A stretch of 64,000 nucleotides of DNA, taken from positions 4,183 through 68,182 of IMG/VR virus record IMGVR_UViG_3300037418_002142; one strand, given 5' to 3'. The notes under the pieces were generated by a model. The model saw only the letters and a list, made by a program, of their open reading frames with translations. It had not been told where the DNA came from and searched no databases. Shown one piece after another: positions 29,045 to 36,998 of the stretch. Source of the stretch: a virus (taxonomy: Duplodnaviria; Caudoviricetes). The position numbers and the translations under genes are program-made. Numbering within the stretch: the stretch's first letter is position 1; every line of letters starts with the position of its first letter.

Positions 29045-29985
29045 ATGACACCCTCGTTTCGTAACATTTTTTTCACCTTTCGCCGTAGCTCGTCTTTGTA
29101 GTCGCAGCCTCCGAATTCTTCGTGCTGCTCCACGCGTATCTCGTCGCGGTGGCGCAAGCAATAGCGTATGTCAGTGACGTCGCGCACGGCCCATGGGCCG
29201 ACTTCTAGATTGGCGCGGCGTAGCTGTACGCTCGTCGGCTTGTCGAACACCATGGGCAGATGCGCGCTCAGCATCTCGTAGAACCTATTGGCCGGGCTGC
29301 AGAATTCTTTATGAGAACGCCGGTCTTCGATGTACAGCCCGAGACCGTGACGCGCGCACTCTTCTCGCAAATCTATATTGGTGTCAGCTTCTTCGATGGT
29401 GCAGCCACGTCGATAGTAGTTTTCCCACGGGCCGGTGCGCGGCACGTTCAGTGTCACTGCGTACCCGCGCGGGGACCACAGATAACGGTCAAATGCATCT
29501 TTACGATCCTTGCGATAACTGCCATAGTAGAACAGGTCGCCATTGTGCGGCGCGCGCTTCTTCCACGGCAGCGGGGCGTAGGTCAGCGCGTTCCAGTTCA
29601 CGTAGCGGCGACGACCCCATCCTTCGCTGAACTTTGGCGCTTCGCACGTCGACCAGATTTCAATGGGTGGCAACCCGCGCCGATGACGCTTGCGAAACGC
29701 GGCGCGGAATGGGCTGCCGCCTTCACTTGTGAACCGCGGCGGAATAATGGTGTAGTCGTTTTGTACCCAGACGATGCGTTCCGCGCGCACAACCATACGA
29801 GCCAGCAGCGGTAGATGCTTGCAGAACGCGTAGGCGCCGTTGACGATGAACAGCGTGTCAACTACTGGCGCCGCGTCGTACACTATGGGCATGCGGCCCC
29901 ACTTGGCCAGCGCGTGCGCAATGCGATGGCTGGCTATGACGCTATCGTGCGACGGCTTGGCAAAGGTCCAGATGGCGGCGCGCAT
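29041..29985 (-). CDS. T4 beta-glucosyltransferase-like DNA glycosyltransferase (GT-B)
   Basis: Collinear matches to T4 BGT as recalled: DTLFIVNG~DRLIVVNS, WVQNDY~YLFTDI (catalytic Asp), YYGSYRKDR~YGGSFRSGQR, GLYIED~ALIIGD, NRFYEMLS..PMVFD~LRVWETMA..VMLID; ATGA-coupled to the hydroxymethylase. Confidence 0.72.
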   Translation of the reverse strand: MRAAIWTFAKPSHDSVIASHRIAHALAKWGRMPIVYDAAPVVDTLFIVNGAYAFCKHLPLLARMVVRAERIVWVQNDYTIIPPRFTSEGGSPFRAAFRKRHRRGLPPIEIWSTCEAPKFSEGWGRRRYVNWNALTYAPLPWKKRAPHNGDLFYYGSYRKDRKDAFDRYLWSPRGYAVTLNVPRTGPWENYYRRGCTIEEADTNIDLREECARHGLGLYIEDRRSHKEFCSPANRFYEMLSAHLPMVFDKPTSVQLRRANLEVGPWAVRDVTDIRYCLRHRDEIRVEQHEEFGGCDYKDELRRKVKKMLRNEGVI

Positions 29986-29988
29986 TGA

Positions 29989-30351
29989 CTAAACCTTTCC
30001 ATCAGCGCGGCGGCCGGTGTTTGGTACGACTTGCACTGCACGGTCGTCCCACAGCTCGATCATGCCGTAATCCTTCTCGCACACGACCTCAAGCCGGGCT
30101 CCAAGATGCTGCTCGGTCCAGTCCTGTATCGTGTTGCGGATGACTGCTATTTCTGAAGTCGTAGCTCTTCCACTATTCTTAGACACGCGCGCGGTGAACA
30201 CCTTCACCGTTTTGCCTTCAGCAATCCAGGCGCGCACTCGCAACGCCATCGGCAGTATAGGAGCGCCAATATGTAACGCGCTCACCCACCCGCTATACTG
30301 CGCCAGCGTACCGTCCAGGTCTACGCCGATCCAACCATTAGTAGCGTTCAT
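29989..30351 (-). CDS. HAD-superfamily phosphatase-like protein
   Basis: IGVDLDGTLA motif I, FTAR motif II, K...ELWDDRA motif IV. Confidence 0.8.
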   Translation of the reverse strand: MNATNGWIGVDLDGTLAQYSGWVSALHIGAPILPMALRVRAWIAEGKTVKVFTARVSKNSGRATTSEIAVIRNTIQDWTEQHLGARLEVVCEKDYGMIELWDDRAVQVVPNTGRRADGKV

Positions 30352-30355
30352 AAAC

Positions 30356-31096
30356 CTACCCCGTAGCCATGCCGTAGCCGTAGCGCGCCGCCATGCCGTA
30401 CACGTTCGCACAGAGCGCTGGATTCACGTCTGCCAGTTTGTGCATGTCGAGCGGTTCGTAACGGCGATATCCGGTATGCTTGTTTCGCGCCACGATGCCG
30501 GGCCACGGCGTACCAGTTGATAGCCCCAGCAGCGCGCGCAGCCTTTTCTGTACACCCGGCGTTGCCACGTCCTCAATGCGAAACGTGTAGTCCGCCTGTT
30601 CCTCCGCATACTTGTTCAGATAGTACCACGCAAACGCGCAGCGCTCTAGCTGCGAAAACTTCGGCTTGCTGCGCAGCGGTATAACGTAGGTATCCTCGAA
30701 CCACTCCCAGATAATGCCAGGAAACACCTTGCCCATGGCCGGTATGACGTGGCGCGGGTCGCGCACGACGTGCAGAATCACATCGAACGTGAAGTCGCTG
30801 CGCCGACAGCCGGGGTAACAGCGCGTCGGGTCCCACGGCCACCACGGATACCACGCGGCATCCTTCGGTATGAACCACAGTCCGGCCGTGCCGTCGGCGC
30901 CCATGCGTTCGTCCTGTACGTCGAGGCCCAACTCCTGCAAGTTGAGCGCTAGGCTGCTCGTGCCGCAACGGCCGCTCCCCATAATCAGCACTTTCTTGCG
31001 TTGCCGTTGCTTCGGGCGCAGTACGGGCACCCCGCGCTTTTCCGCTTTGCTACGCAAGCCCCAGCGCTGCTTCGGCAGCGTGTATTGTTCTCTCAT
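30356..31096 (-). CDS. PAPS-dependent sulfotransferase-fold protein
   Basis: 5'-PSB loop IMGSGRCGTSSL, 3'-PB motif LHVVRDPRHVI, AW..LN, FRIED, C-terminal RYGY. Confidence 0.75.
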   Translation of the reverse strand: MREQYTLPKQRWGLRSKAEKRGVPVLRPKQRQRKKVLIMGSGRCGTSSLALNLQELGLDVQDERMGADGTAGLWFIPKDAAWYPWWPWDPTRCYPGCRRSDFTFDVILHVVRDPRHVIPAMGKVFPGIIWEWFEDTYVIPLRSKPKFSQLERCAFAWYYLNKYAEEQADYTFRIEDVATPGVQKRLRALLGLSTGTPWPGIVARNKHTGYRRYEPLDMHKLADVNPALCANVYGMAARYGYGMATG

Positions 31097-31293
31097 GGCA
31101 ATTTCTGCACCCGTAACGTCTTGCGGCACACGCTCCGCGGTATCTTTATGAGCGCGACGCCAAACTTAGGCTGATACGCTTCGCGGCCGCAAAGCAGGCA
31201 TCGGTATACCGGCACGTCCGTTGCCCAGCCGGTGCCCACCTCTACCGCTGCGTGGATGTCGATTCTGCAAAGCGCGTGCAGAAACTTGCTCAT
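31093..31293 (-). CDS. Small Cys/His protein
   Basis: LCRIDIH...YRCLLCG; ATGA-coupled on both sides. Confidence 0.55.
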   Translation of the reverse strand: MSKFLHALCRIDIHAAVEVGTGWATDVPVYRCLLCGREAYQPKFGVALIKIPRSVCRKTLRVQKLP

Positions 31294-31598
31294 GCCGCTG
31301 TCCTTCGGTTGCCGAACAGTATGTTTGGCACGTTGCCATCCTTGAACCCGCTGCCACGGCACGCGCTGCACTCGCGCTGCGGTTGCACGTCGGGCGGCGG
31401 CCAACTGCTATCCCATTCCGGGTCCTTCGGGCTGACAAAGCCGGTGCAGGCGCCGCACTCGCCGCGAATAACACCGTGTGAGCATTCGTCGTTCCACCAG
31501 TTGGCCACACCGTCGCCCGCGCCTTTGCAGTGCGGACAGCAGGCGGCTTGCAGGGTTATCAGAGCGCGCCCGTAAGCGCTTTTGTGTTCTATAGCCAC
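31290..31598 (-). CDS. DnaJ-type zinc-finger protein
   Basis: CPHCKGAG, CGACTG and CSACRGSG repeats. Confidence 0.65.
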   Translation of the reverse strand: MAIEHKSAYGRALITLQAACCPHCKGAGDGVANWWNDECSHGVIRGECGACTGFVSPKDPEWDSSWPPPDVQPQRECSACRGSGFKDGNVPNILFGNRRTAA

Positions 31599-31759
31599 GG
31601 CAAATCAGCCTCCTCGCATCGAAAGCCGCAGTTGCGGCACTCATACCAAGAACATTCACCAGTCCATGCTTCCTCTTCCCTACGCTCCATGTCGTGGTCG
31701 CACCATAGTCGCTGCCACCACAGTCGGAGCGCGCGCAGCGCAAGCTTCAGTCGTTCCAC
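31589..31759 (-). CDS. Small Cys/His protein (56 aa, below ORF-track cutoff)
   Basis: GTG start; MERLKLALRALRLWWQRLWCDHD...YECRNCG; fills the gap with overlaps at both ends. Confidence 0.5.
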   Translation of the reverse strand: MERLKLALRALRLWWQRLWCDHDMERREEEAWTGECSWYECRNCGFRCEEADLPWL

Positions 31760-32679
31760 GGCAATTCCTCCTGCAACACGGGCCGGTAGATGGAACGTGG
31801 GCGTCCCTCGCCGTTCTTGACGCGCATGTACTTGTCGAACTCACAGAGCGAGTGTTCGATCTCGCGCATCTCGAACGGCCAATCGCACAGAAAGACGTGC
31901 TTGCCCAGCGCGCTTTCGGACGCGATGGCGGGGCGCGCTTCTACGAGCAACTGTCGCATCGCAGCAATGTAATCAGGTTTCTTACCGCTATAGTGACGAT
32001 CACCGGTAAGCAAACGATGTATGCCACGGCGAGCCCCAGGACCAGGATTAGCCCAGCTATTAACATCACGAGCGTGGCTAAGCACGCGAGTATGCCTGAG
32101 ATCACAAGCGATTTCATAGCCAATGAATCCTCCAATGGTGGGGTACGCTTGCAACAGCTCCACGGCCCGCTCCATGCTGGCGTACTTCTTTATCTTGCGG
32201 GTGAGCTTGCGTCGTTCCTTGTGCATGGCCTCCAACGCTTCGCAGATAACCTGTATCTTTGGGTCCGTCCGGCCGGCGTTTGGTATGATATACGCACCCG
32301 TGAATATTTGCTTGCCTTCCTCTTGTCGCTTGGTCAGCAAGTCGATAGCCTTGGCCATGTCCCAGCGGCGCAGCCCGTAGAACAGCGCGTCGTAGGTTTC
32401 AGGCCAGTTGAACAGCCGGAACTGCGCGCACTGGAACAGAATGTCCTCATCTTCGAGATTCCGGCCTTTGTCGAGTAGCGTCACGTAGCGTTTGGTCCAC
32501 TCCTGCGTCACACGATCGAGCTGCCGGTACACGTTGGTGAACTTAAACTCCCGCAGTATCTTGTCCTTGGTCCACGGCCACTTGTCACCGGCCTTGCGAT
32601 TTAAGTAGATGCGATGGCGTTCGTTGATCCACCCCCAGAACGCTTTGATCTGATTCTTCTGCCACTTGAATGATTTCAC
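31747..32679 (-). CDS. aGPT-Pplase1 / 5-hmdU DNA kinase-family helical protein
   Basis: F..WINERH.IY..R....PWT.D.IL..FKFTNVYRQLDRVT, FRLFNW..T, FTGAYI, IGGFIGYEIACDL, NPGPGA.RG, EIEHSLCEFDKY.R motifs. Confidence 0.85.
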   Translation of the reverse strand: MKSFKWQKNQIKAFWGWINERHRIYLNRKAGDKWPWTKDKILREFKFTNVYRQLDRVTQEWTKRYVTLLDKGRNLEDEDILFQCAQFRLFNWPETYDALFYGLRRWDMAKAIDLLTKRQEEGKQIFTGAYIIPNAGRTDPKIQVICEALEAMHKERRKLTRKIKKYASMERAVELLQAYPTIGGFIGYEIACDLRHTRVLSHARDVNSWANPGPGARRGIHRLLTGDRHYSGKKPDYIAAMRQLLVEARPAIASESALGKHVFLCDWPFEMREIEHSLCEFDKYMRVKNGEGRPRSIYRPVLQEELPWND

Positions 32680-32758
32680 TTACGGACCCTCCGACTTTGT
32701 TCATTTTCGTGCCACCCGAGGGCAGCCGCACCTACGTTATGTTTGATTTGTGCACGAT

Positions 32759-33007
32759 TCATTCGCCCTCCACGTTTTCTACGTTGATGTCGTCGTACAG
32801 CGCAGTACAATGCGCGATAGCGCTGAAGTTCTGTTCAATCCACAAAGCTGCCTTGTACGCTTCCTGTGCGCTGCCAATGTACGCAGTCAACGCACGGCGT
32901 ATTTCTGTCATCGCGTCGTCGTAGCGCCTGCGCGCGTGTTGCTTTGCAGTGTTTTCGCAGGCGTGCAATTTTCCATCAGCCGTTAGTATGGCCTGCACGT
33001 ATTTCAT
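32759..33007 (-). CDS. Hypothetical phage protein
   Basis: T.DG.LH...A.RH pattern; ATGA coupling. Confidence 0.55.
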   Translation of the reverse strand: MKYVQAILTADGKLHACENTAKQHARRRYDDAMTEIRRALTAYIGSAQEAYKAALWIEQNFSAIAHCTALYDDINVENVEGE

Positions 33008-33333
33008 TTCGCCACCCCCGGATGGTTCGACGCGACCACGCGCTCCAAGCGTTGCCGCAACTTTTCATTATCGGCGCGCAGCCTGTCGTTCTCCTTATTG
33101 AGTGTTGCTACGGTGCGCGTCAGCACCTCCTTTTCTACGCGCAGCTTCTCCAGTTCCTGTGTTCGTGGCGCGGGCCGACCGTTGAAGAACGTGTCAATAT
33201 CTTCTGTTGTGAATACCACTCGTACCCCTCCGTATTTCGCGTTCGCGCTTGTAAATGGCTTTGCGAATGTTTGAAACGAACGACCCCGGCGCGTAGTTGT
33301 ACTCGTTACCCAGCAGCGCTGCCAGCCGTGCAC
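33004..33333 (-). CDS. Hypothetical coiled-coil protein (start uncertain)
   Basis: C-terminal heptad repeats; stop coupled to the next gene. Confidence 0.45.
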   Translation of the reverse strand: MHGWQRCWVTSTTTRRGRSFQTFAKPFTSANAKYGGVRVVFTTEDIDTFFNGRPAPRTQELEKLRVEKEVLTRTVATLNKENDRLRADNEKLRQRLERVVASNHPGVAK

Positions 33334-33474
33334 CTAACTGGCGCTGATGCGCTATGGAACGCGCGTCCCACGGCGAGAATACGAACGCGCGCACTTCTTG
33401 AAATAGCTCCGGGCTTTGCTCGAGCAACCTCGCCGACTGCGCAAGCCAGTACGCCTGCGGGTCTGGAGCTTTCT

Positions 33475-33930
33475 TCACGGCGGTCCGCAGCTCGGCGTCT
33501 CGTCGTCTCCGGACCATTCTTCGCCCCGCCCGTTCAGGTACGGGTCGTCAGCCTCGTCGACGCGCTCGTGCAGCTCGACTACACGATGTCGCAGCCATTT
33601 CAGCGGCCCTGGGTACGACGTGTCAGGCTTGGCGTCGATGCGCACAATGAATGCCAATTGCATACCGCCAGCAGCGTCGGCCACCACCGGGTCGCCCAGC
33701 TTGAACGGATGCGGGCAGCGCACTCGATACGTGAACACGCGGTTGAGCGCCGGCCCTTGCGCGTAGCGCACGCCGATAGTCGTGTCCTTCTGAGCAATCA
33801 CGCTCCAGCGTGGCGTAACGACGACTACTCGCTTGCGGCGCGACTTTTTTAACTGGTGCCGCTTGCCCTTGATCCGACTGATTGATCCGGACTTCTTCAT
33901 AGTAACCTCTTCAGGTGTGAGTGTATTCAA
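33475..33930 (-). CDS. Hypothetical phage protein
   Basis: FTY....FKLGDPVV....A.IVRID pattern. Confidence 0.55.
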   Translation of the reverse strand: MNTLTPEEVTMKKSGSISRIKGKRHQLKKSRRKRVVVVTPRWSVIAQKDTTIGVRYAQGPALNRVFTYRVRCPHPFKLGDPVVADAAGGMQLAFIVRIDAKPDTSYPGPLKWLRHRVVELHERVDEADDPYLNGRGEEWSGDDETPSCGPP

Positions 33931-34029
33931 TTTACGGATGCTTCGTTGAGTCGTTAGGAGCAGCGCCCAGCGCTGGCTTTCTCCTGAGTTAGATACGCGC
34001 CATCGGCCATCCGTTGGATCGCGAATTTA

Positions 34030-34464
34030 TCAGTGACCATCGGTGGCTTCCACAGCGGCTCGCGCCTTATCGATCGCGGCGTCTAGCTGCTCCGGGGTGC
34101 TGCACCTCACGTGTCCGGAATGCCCTTCGCCCCAGGCGTCCCGGTCCTTCGCATACACGATCGCGTTGCCTGGCTGGCGCATGAATCGGTAGCGAGCCGC
34201 GTCGAGAGCATCGCTCGTCTCGTCCGGTGTGCGTCGTATCGCGCCATGCTTTTCCAACCGGAGGGCGGCGAGACTTCCTTGCGCCGCGTACAAATCCTTT
34301 TGCAGCCGCTCGATCTCTGCGCGGACCGCCTTCCATTCGCCTCCCCGGACTTCCAATGACTCAGTGTCGGCAGTGAACATCCTATCGAGATAGGCGACCA
34401 CCTCATTTGAGGACAGTTGCTCATTCATCGTCATCACCCTCTGTTGCTCATTCATCGTCATCAC
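34030..34464 (-). CDS. Hypothetical phage protein
   Basis: DAARYRFMR...LDAAID.A motif common in small phage ORFs. Confidence 0.6.
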   Translation of the reverse strand: MMTMNEQQRVMTMNEQLSSNEVVAYLDRMFTADTESLEVRGGEWKAVRAEIERLQKDLYAAQGSLAALRLEKHGAIRRTPDETSDALDAARYRFMRQPGNAIVYAKDRDAWGEGHSGHVRCSTPEQLDAAIDKARAAVEATDGH

Positions 34465-34469
34465 CCTCT
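34416..34469. repeat. 27-bp perfect tandem duplication
   Basis: GTTGCTCATTCATCGTCATCACCCTCT x2, spanning a stop/start junction. Confidence 0.95.
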
Positions 34470-34840
34470 GTGCGACCGAGCGACACGCTCCACGCTGCGG
34501 CCGGGATTAATTCGATCTCATCGCCCTCACGGAACTCGATGGCCTTGGAATCGTCGTCGTCGTACCATGTCTGCGTGCCATCCTTGTGATAGACCACCGC
34601 TCGGCGTCCGGGCTCGGTCCCTGCGATCGCGATGCATTGCGACAAATAGAACTGTGGCAGTTCTCGTAACCGAGCCAATTCTTCATCCGAGATCTTCACA
34701 GCTTTAATCCCCTTGGCGCCTTTCCTGCCAACTGTAGAGATCGCTAGGATTACGCGAGCTCGTAATCCGAATCGGGAGATTGTCGAATCGCGCGCGGCTC
34801 TACTGCGTACGATCGGTTCCTTGGTCCGGTGCTCGGTCAT
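34448..34840 (-). CDS. Hypothetical protein (starts MTEHRT)
   Basis: ATGA-coupled start. Confidence 0.5.
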   Translation of the reverse strand: MTEHRTKEPIVRSRAARDSTISRFGLRARVILAISTVGRKGAKGIKAVKISDEELARLRELPQFYLSQCIAIAGTEPGRRAVVYHKDGTQTWYDDDDSKAIEFREGDEIELIPAAAWSVSLGRTEGDDDE

Positions 34841-35055
34841 ACGCCCAACCTCTCGCATCGTTTACGCGCTTCCGTCAGTCGCGTCAGGGACGACTGGTAC
34901 TGGATTCTCGCCACGCTCAGTGCATCAGCGGCTTTCTCATAAGCGCGCTTCGCCAAGCGCAACTCGTAACGAGCGTCTCGACCTTCGTCACCAATGCCGC
35001 GCTTCTTCTCGGTCCGGTGCTCGGTCATGCGCCCAACCTCTCGCATCGTTTACGC
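34823..35055. repeat. 45-bp direct repeat pair (34823-34867 and 35011-35055; 1 mismatch)
   Basis: GGTCCGGTGCTCGGTCAT(A/G)CGCCCAACCTCTCGCATCGTTTACGC. Confidence 0.95.
34837..35028 (-). CDS. Hypothetical helical protein (starts MTEHRT)
   Basis: Lies between the 45-bp repeats. Confidence 0.5.
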   Translation of the reverse strand: MTEHRTEKKRGIGDEGRDARYELRLAKRAYEKAADALSVARIQYQSSLTRLTEARKRCERLGV

Positions 35056-35135
35056 ATGCTCACTCACTCCAATAAAAGGCAGCGCCTCGAGGTCGCCCTC
35101 GAAGCCGCCGTAGAATATATTCGGATCCAGCGGTG

Positions 35136-35429
35136 TCAGTAATCCGACTTCACTTCCTGTGATTCCGGGTATTCCGCCACACCCTCCTCTATGATGCGCA
35201 CCGCGACGGCGATCACTTGATAGGCTTCGCGCTTGATCTTGTCGCGGCGTTGCTGTACTGGGGCCGGCGGGTCCTTGCGTTCGATAGCGAATCGCAGCTC
35301 GATAATCGCGGTGGCCAGCTCGCCCACTTCCTCCATCAGGGCCGGCAGCAGGTTGTCGTTACGCGGAAACTTTTCGCGAGCGTTGCGAAGTTCCACTCCT
35401 ATCTGATAAAGCGTGTCGGAATCTAGCAT
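35136..35429 (-). CDS. MazG-like NTP pyrophosphohydrolase
   Basis: ALMEEVGELA....E..QV.AVA.R all-alpha NTP-PPase motif. Confidence 0.75.
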   Translation of the reverse strand: MLDSDTLYQIGVELRNAREKFPRNDNLLPALMEEVGELATAIIELRFAIERKDPPAPVQQRRDKIKREAYQVIAVAVRIIEEGVAEYPESQEVKSDY

Positions 35430-35663
35430 TCAGTAATCCTCGTCTAGTTGTGCGTGCATCGAAAGCAGCTCGGCGGCGCCGGCCGCTGCGGAATGTTGTA
35501 TTACCTCCATACGGTTAGCGGCATGTGTCCGCATCGGATACTGCGCCTGGCAGTCCCGCAGTATTAGTGCGGCTTGCTGCATATGCATTGCGGCCTCGCG
35601 CAAGCAAGCGGCTAGACTACCCATACCCCGCTTCGGTCGCGGGTGGCCCGAAGTCCTCCGCAT
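35430..35663 (-). CDS. Hypothetical protein
   Basis: Fills the gap directly upstream of the MazG-like gene. Confidence 0.4.
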   Translation of the reverse strand: MRRTSGHPRPKRGMGSLAACLREAAMHMQQAALILRDCQAQYPMRTHAANRMEVIQHSAAAGAAELLSMHAQLDEDY

Positions 35664-35736
35664 GCGCAGCCTTGCGGGTTAGTGCAGTCGTGGGCATAGA
35701 AACGTACAGCATGGTCGGCACCTTTCACTATGTCAA

Positions 35737-35781
35737 AATAAAAATCGAAGAACCGCCGCCGTCCGTGGCAGCGCGTTCCTT
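35737..35781 (-). terminator. Rho-independent terminator
   Basis: GC-rich hairpin with G-U pairs followed by TTTTTATTTT on the - strand, just downstream of the 35799 stop. Confidence 0.6.
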
Positions 35782-35798
35782 ATTTGCGAATGGTTGAC

Positions 35799-36998
35799 TT
35801 ACTCGGCTTCGAGGTACTTGCCGACCCAGCCAGCAATCCACTTCTTCACCTTGCCGGCCGGCAACTCCTCGTCTTCCGCCTTTGCCAGAATGTCCTTGTA
35901 CTTGGCGCCCTTCTTGGTCAGCAGGGCGAACAGCTTGCCCTTGGCCCCGCCACCATCACGCGTCTTTACCACGCGAATGACGGTGCTGGGCTCCAGCTTG
36001 ACGGCGCCTGCGCTGCGCTTCTTGCGCGCCGGCTTCTCGTCCTCGTCATCGCCCTCATCGTCGCCCTTGTTGCGTGAGGACTTCTTCGCGGGCTTTGAGG
36101 ATTTCTTCGCGGCGGCTGCTTTCTTCTTGCGTGCCGGGCGCTCGTCCTCATCGTCCTCGTCCTCATCGTTCTCATCACGGCTGCGCGCTTTCGAGTCTTC
36201 CTCGTCCTCATCGTCCTCATCATCCTCGTCGTCGCGGGCACGGGCGCGCATGGAGGCATTGCGTTGCTCGAGAGTCATATCAGTTTCCTCTTCTCTGTTT
36301 CGTTTACGTTTGTGAGCGGTAACTGGCCACTCGTCCAGGGCTTCCATGTCTTCAATTCGGTCCATAACATGATCCTTGTGCTTGTCCAAGAAGTTGGACC
36401 GCACCCCGAATGCTGAGTGCATCATCCACAGCACGCAATGGAATGCTTCGGCCCAGTCCCTGGTCGGAATGGGCTTGCCGCACCCTAACGCCAGCAGCTC
36501 GCTAAGGCGTTGCCACGGCACGCGGGCACAGCATGCTTGGATGTCGTACAGAAAATTGGCGTCGGCTTTCTTGCGCGGCTCGTATTCGTGGTACGCCGGC
36601 GGCGGCATCTCGCGTTCCTTGCACAGCTCCACGAAACGGGCGAACAGTTGCGGCCGGAACACTCGTATGGGCTGGTTGCTCAGCAGCGCATTCTTGATGC
36701 CGAGAGTGTCGCGGGGCACACCGCGTTCCTTGTCGCGCCGGCTGCTTTCGTGCTTCACGCGCTTGCCCAGCGTGCGCTCTTCGTCGCGCGCAGCAGCCCG
36801 CTTGCGTATCTCCTTCAACTCCTTATCGGTGGTGGGCACGAAACCGTCTTTGCGCTGGGCAGCTTGCGCCGCTATCTTGTTGAAGCCCACGCTATTCCCC
36901 TTTGCCGGCGCTGCCTGACTGCGCTGCCGGCGGCTTACCTGTACCATGGCACTTCGGGCAAGTATGTTGGCGCGGTCCGTCCATTTCGCAGCCTTCAA
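35799..36998 (-). CDS. Protein with D/E/K/R low-complexity region and small C-terminal domain; probable internal start at 36278
   Basis: Open frame; GAGGA RBS before the in-frame ATG at 36278; C-terminus similar to the 51987-52232 protein. Confidence 0.6.
   Translation of the reverse strand: MKAAKWTDRANILARSAMVQVSRRQRSQAAPAKGNSVGFNKIAAQAAQRKDGFVPTTDKELKEIRKRAAARDEERTLGKRVKHESSRRDKERGVPRDTLGIKNALLSNQPIRVFRPQLFARFVELCKEREMPPPAYHEYEPRKKADANFLYDIQACCARVPWQRLSELLALGCGKPIPTRDWAEAFHCVLWMMHSAFGVRSNFLDKHKDHVMDRIEDMEALDEWPVTAHKRKRNREEETDMTLEQRNASMRARARDDEDDEDDEDEEDSKARSRDENDEDEDDEDERPARKKKAAAAKKSSKPAKKSSRNKGDDEGDDEDEKPARKKRSAGAVKLEPSTVIRVVKTRDGGGAKGKLFALLTKKGAKYKDILAKAEDEELPAGKVKKWIAGWVGKYLEAE

Noticed and set aside
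30356-31096. P-loop nucleotide kinase
   Set aside because: The loop is GSGRCGTS with no Walker A lysine, and the VRDPR 3'-phosphate motif is sulfotransferase-like.
34416-35055. CRISPR array or DGR template/variable repeats
   Set aside because: Only two copies of each repeat, within coding junctions; no regular spacers, cas genes or reverse transcriptase; the single mismatch is not a run of A-specific changes.
26900-35500. Amino-acid:DNA transferase, radical SAM, PLP decarboxylase or TET/JBP genes
   Set aside because: No CxxxCxxC radical-SAM motif, PLP-lysine motif, HxD...H dioxygenase pattern or second aGPT-Pplase-like ORF was recognised. The few kb of genome outside the window are unseen.
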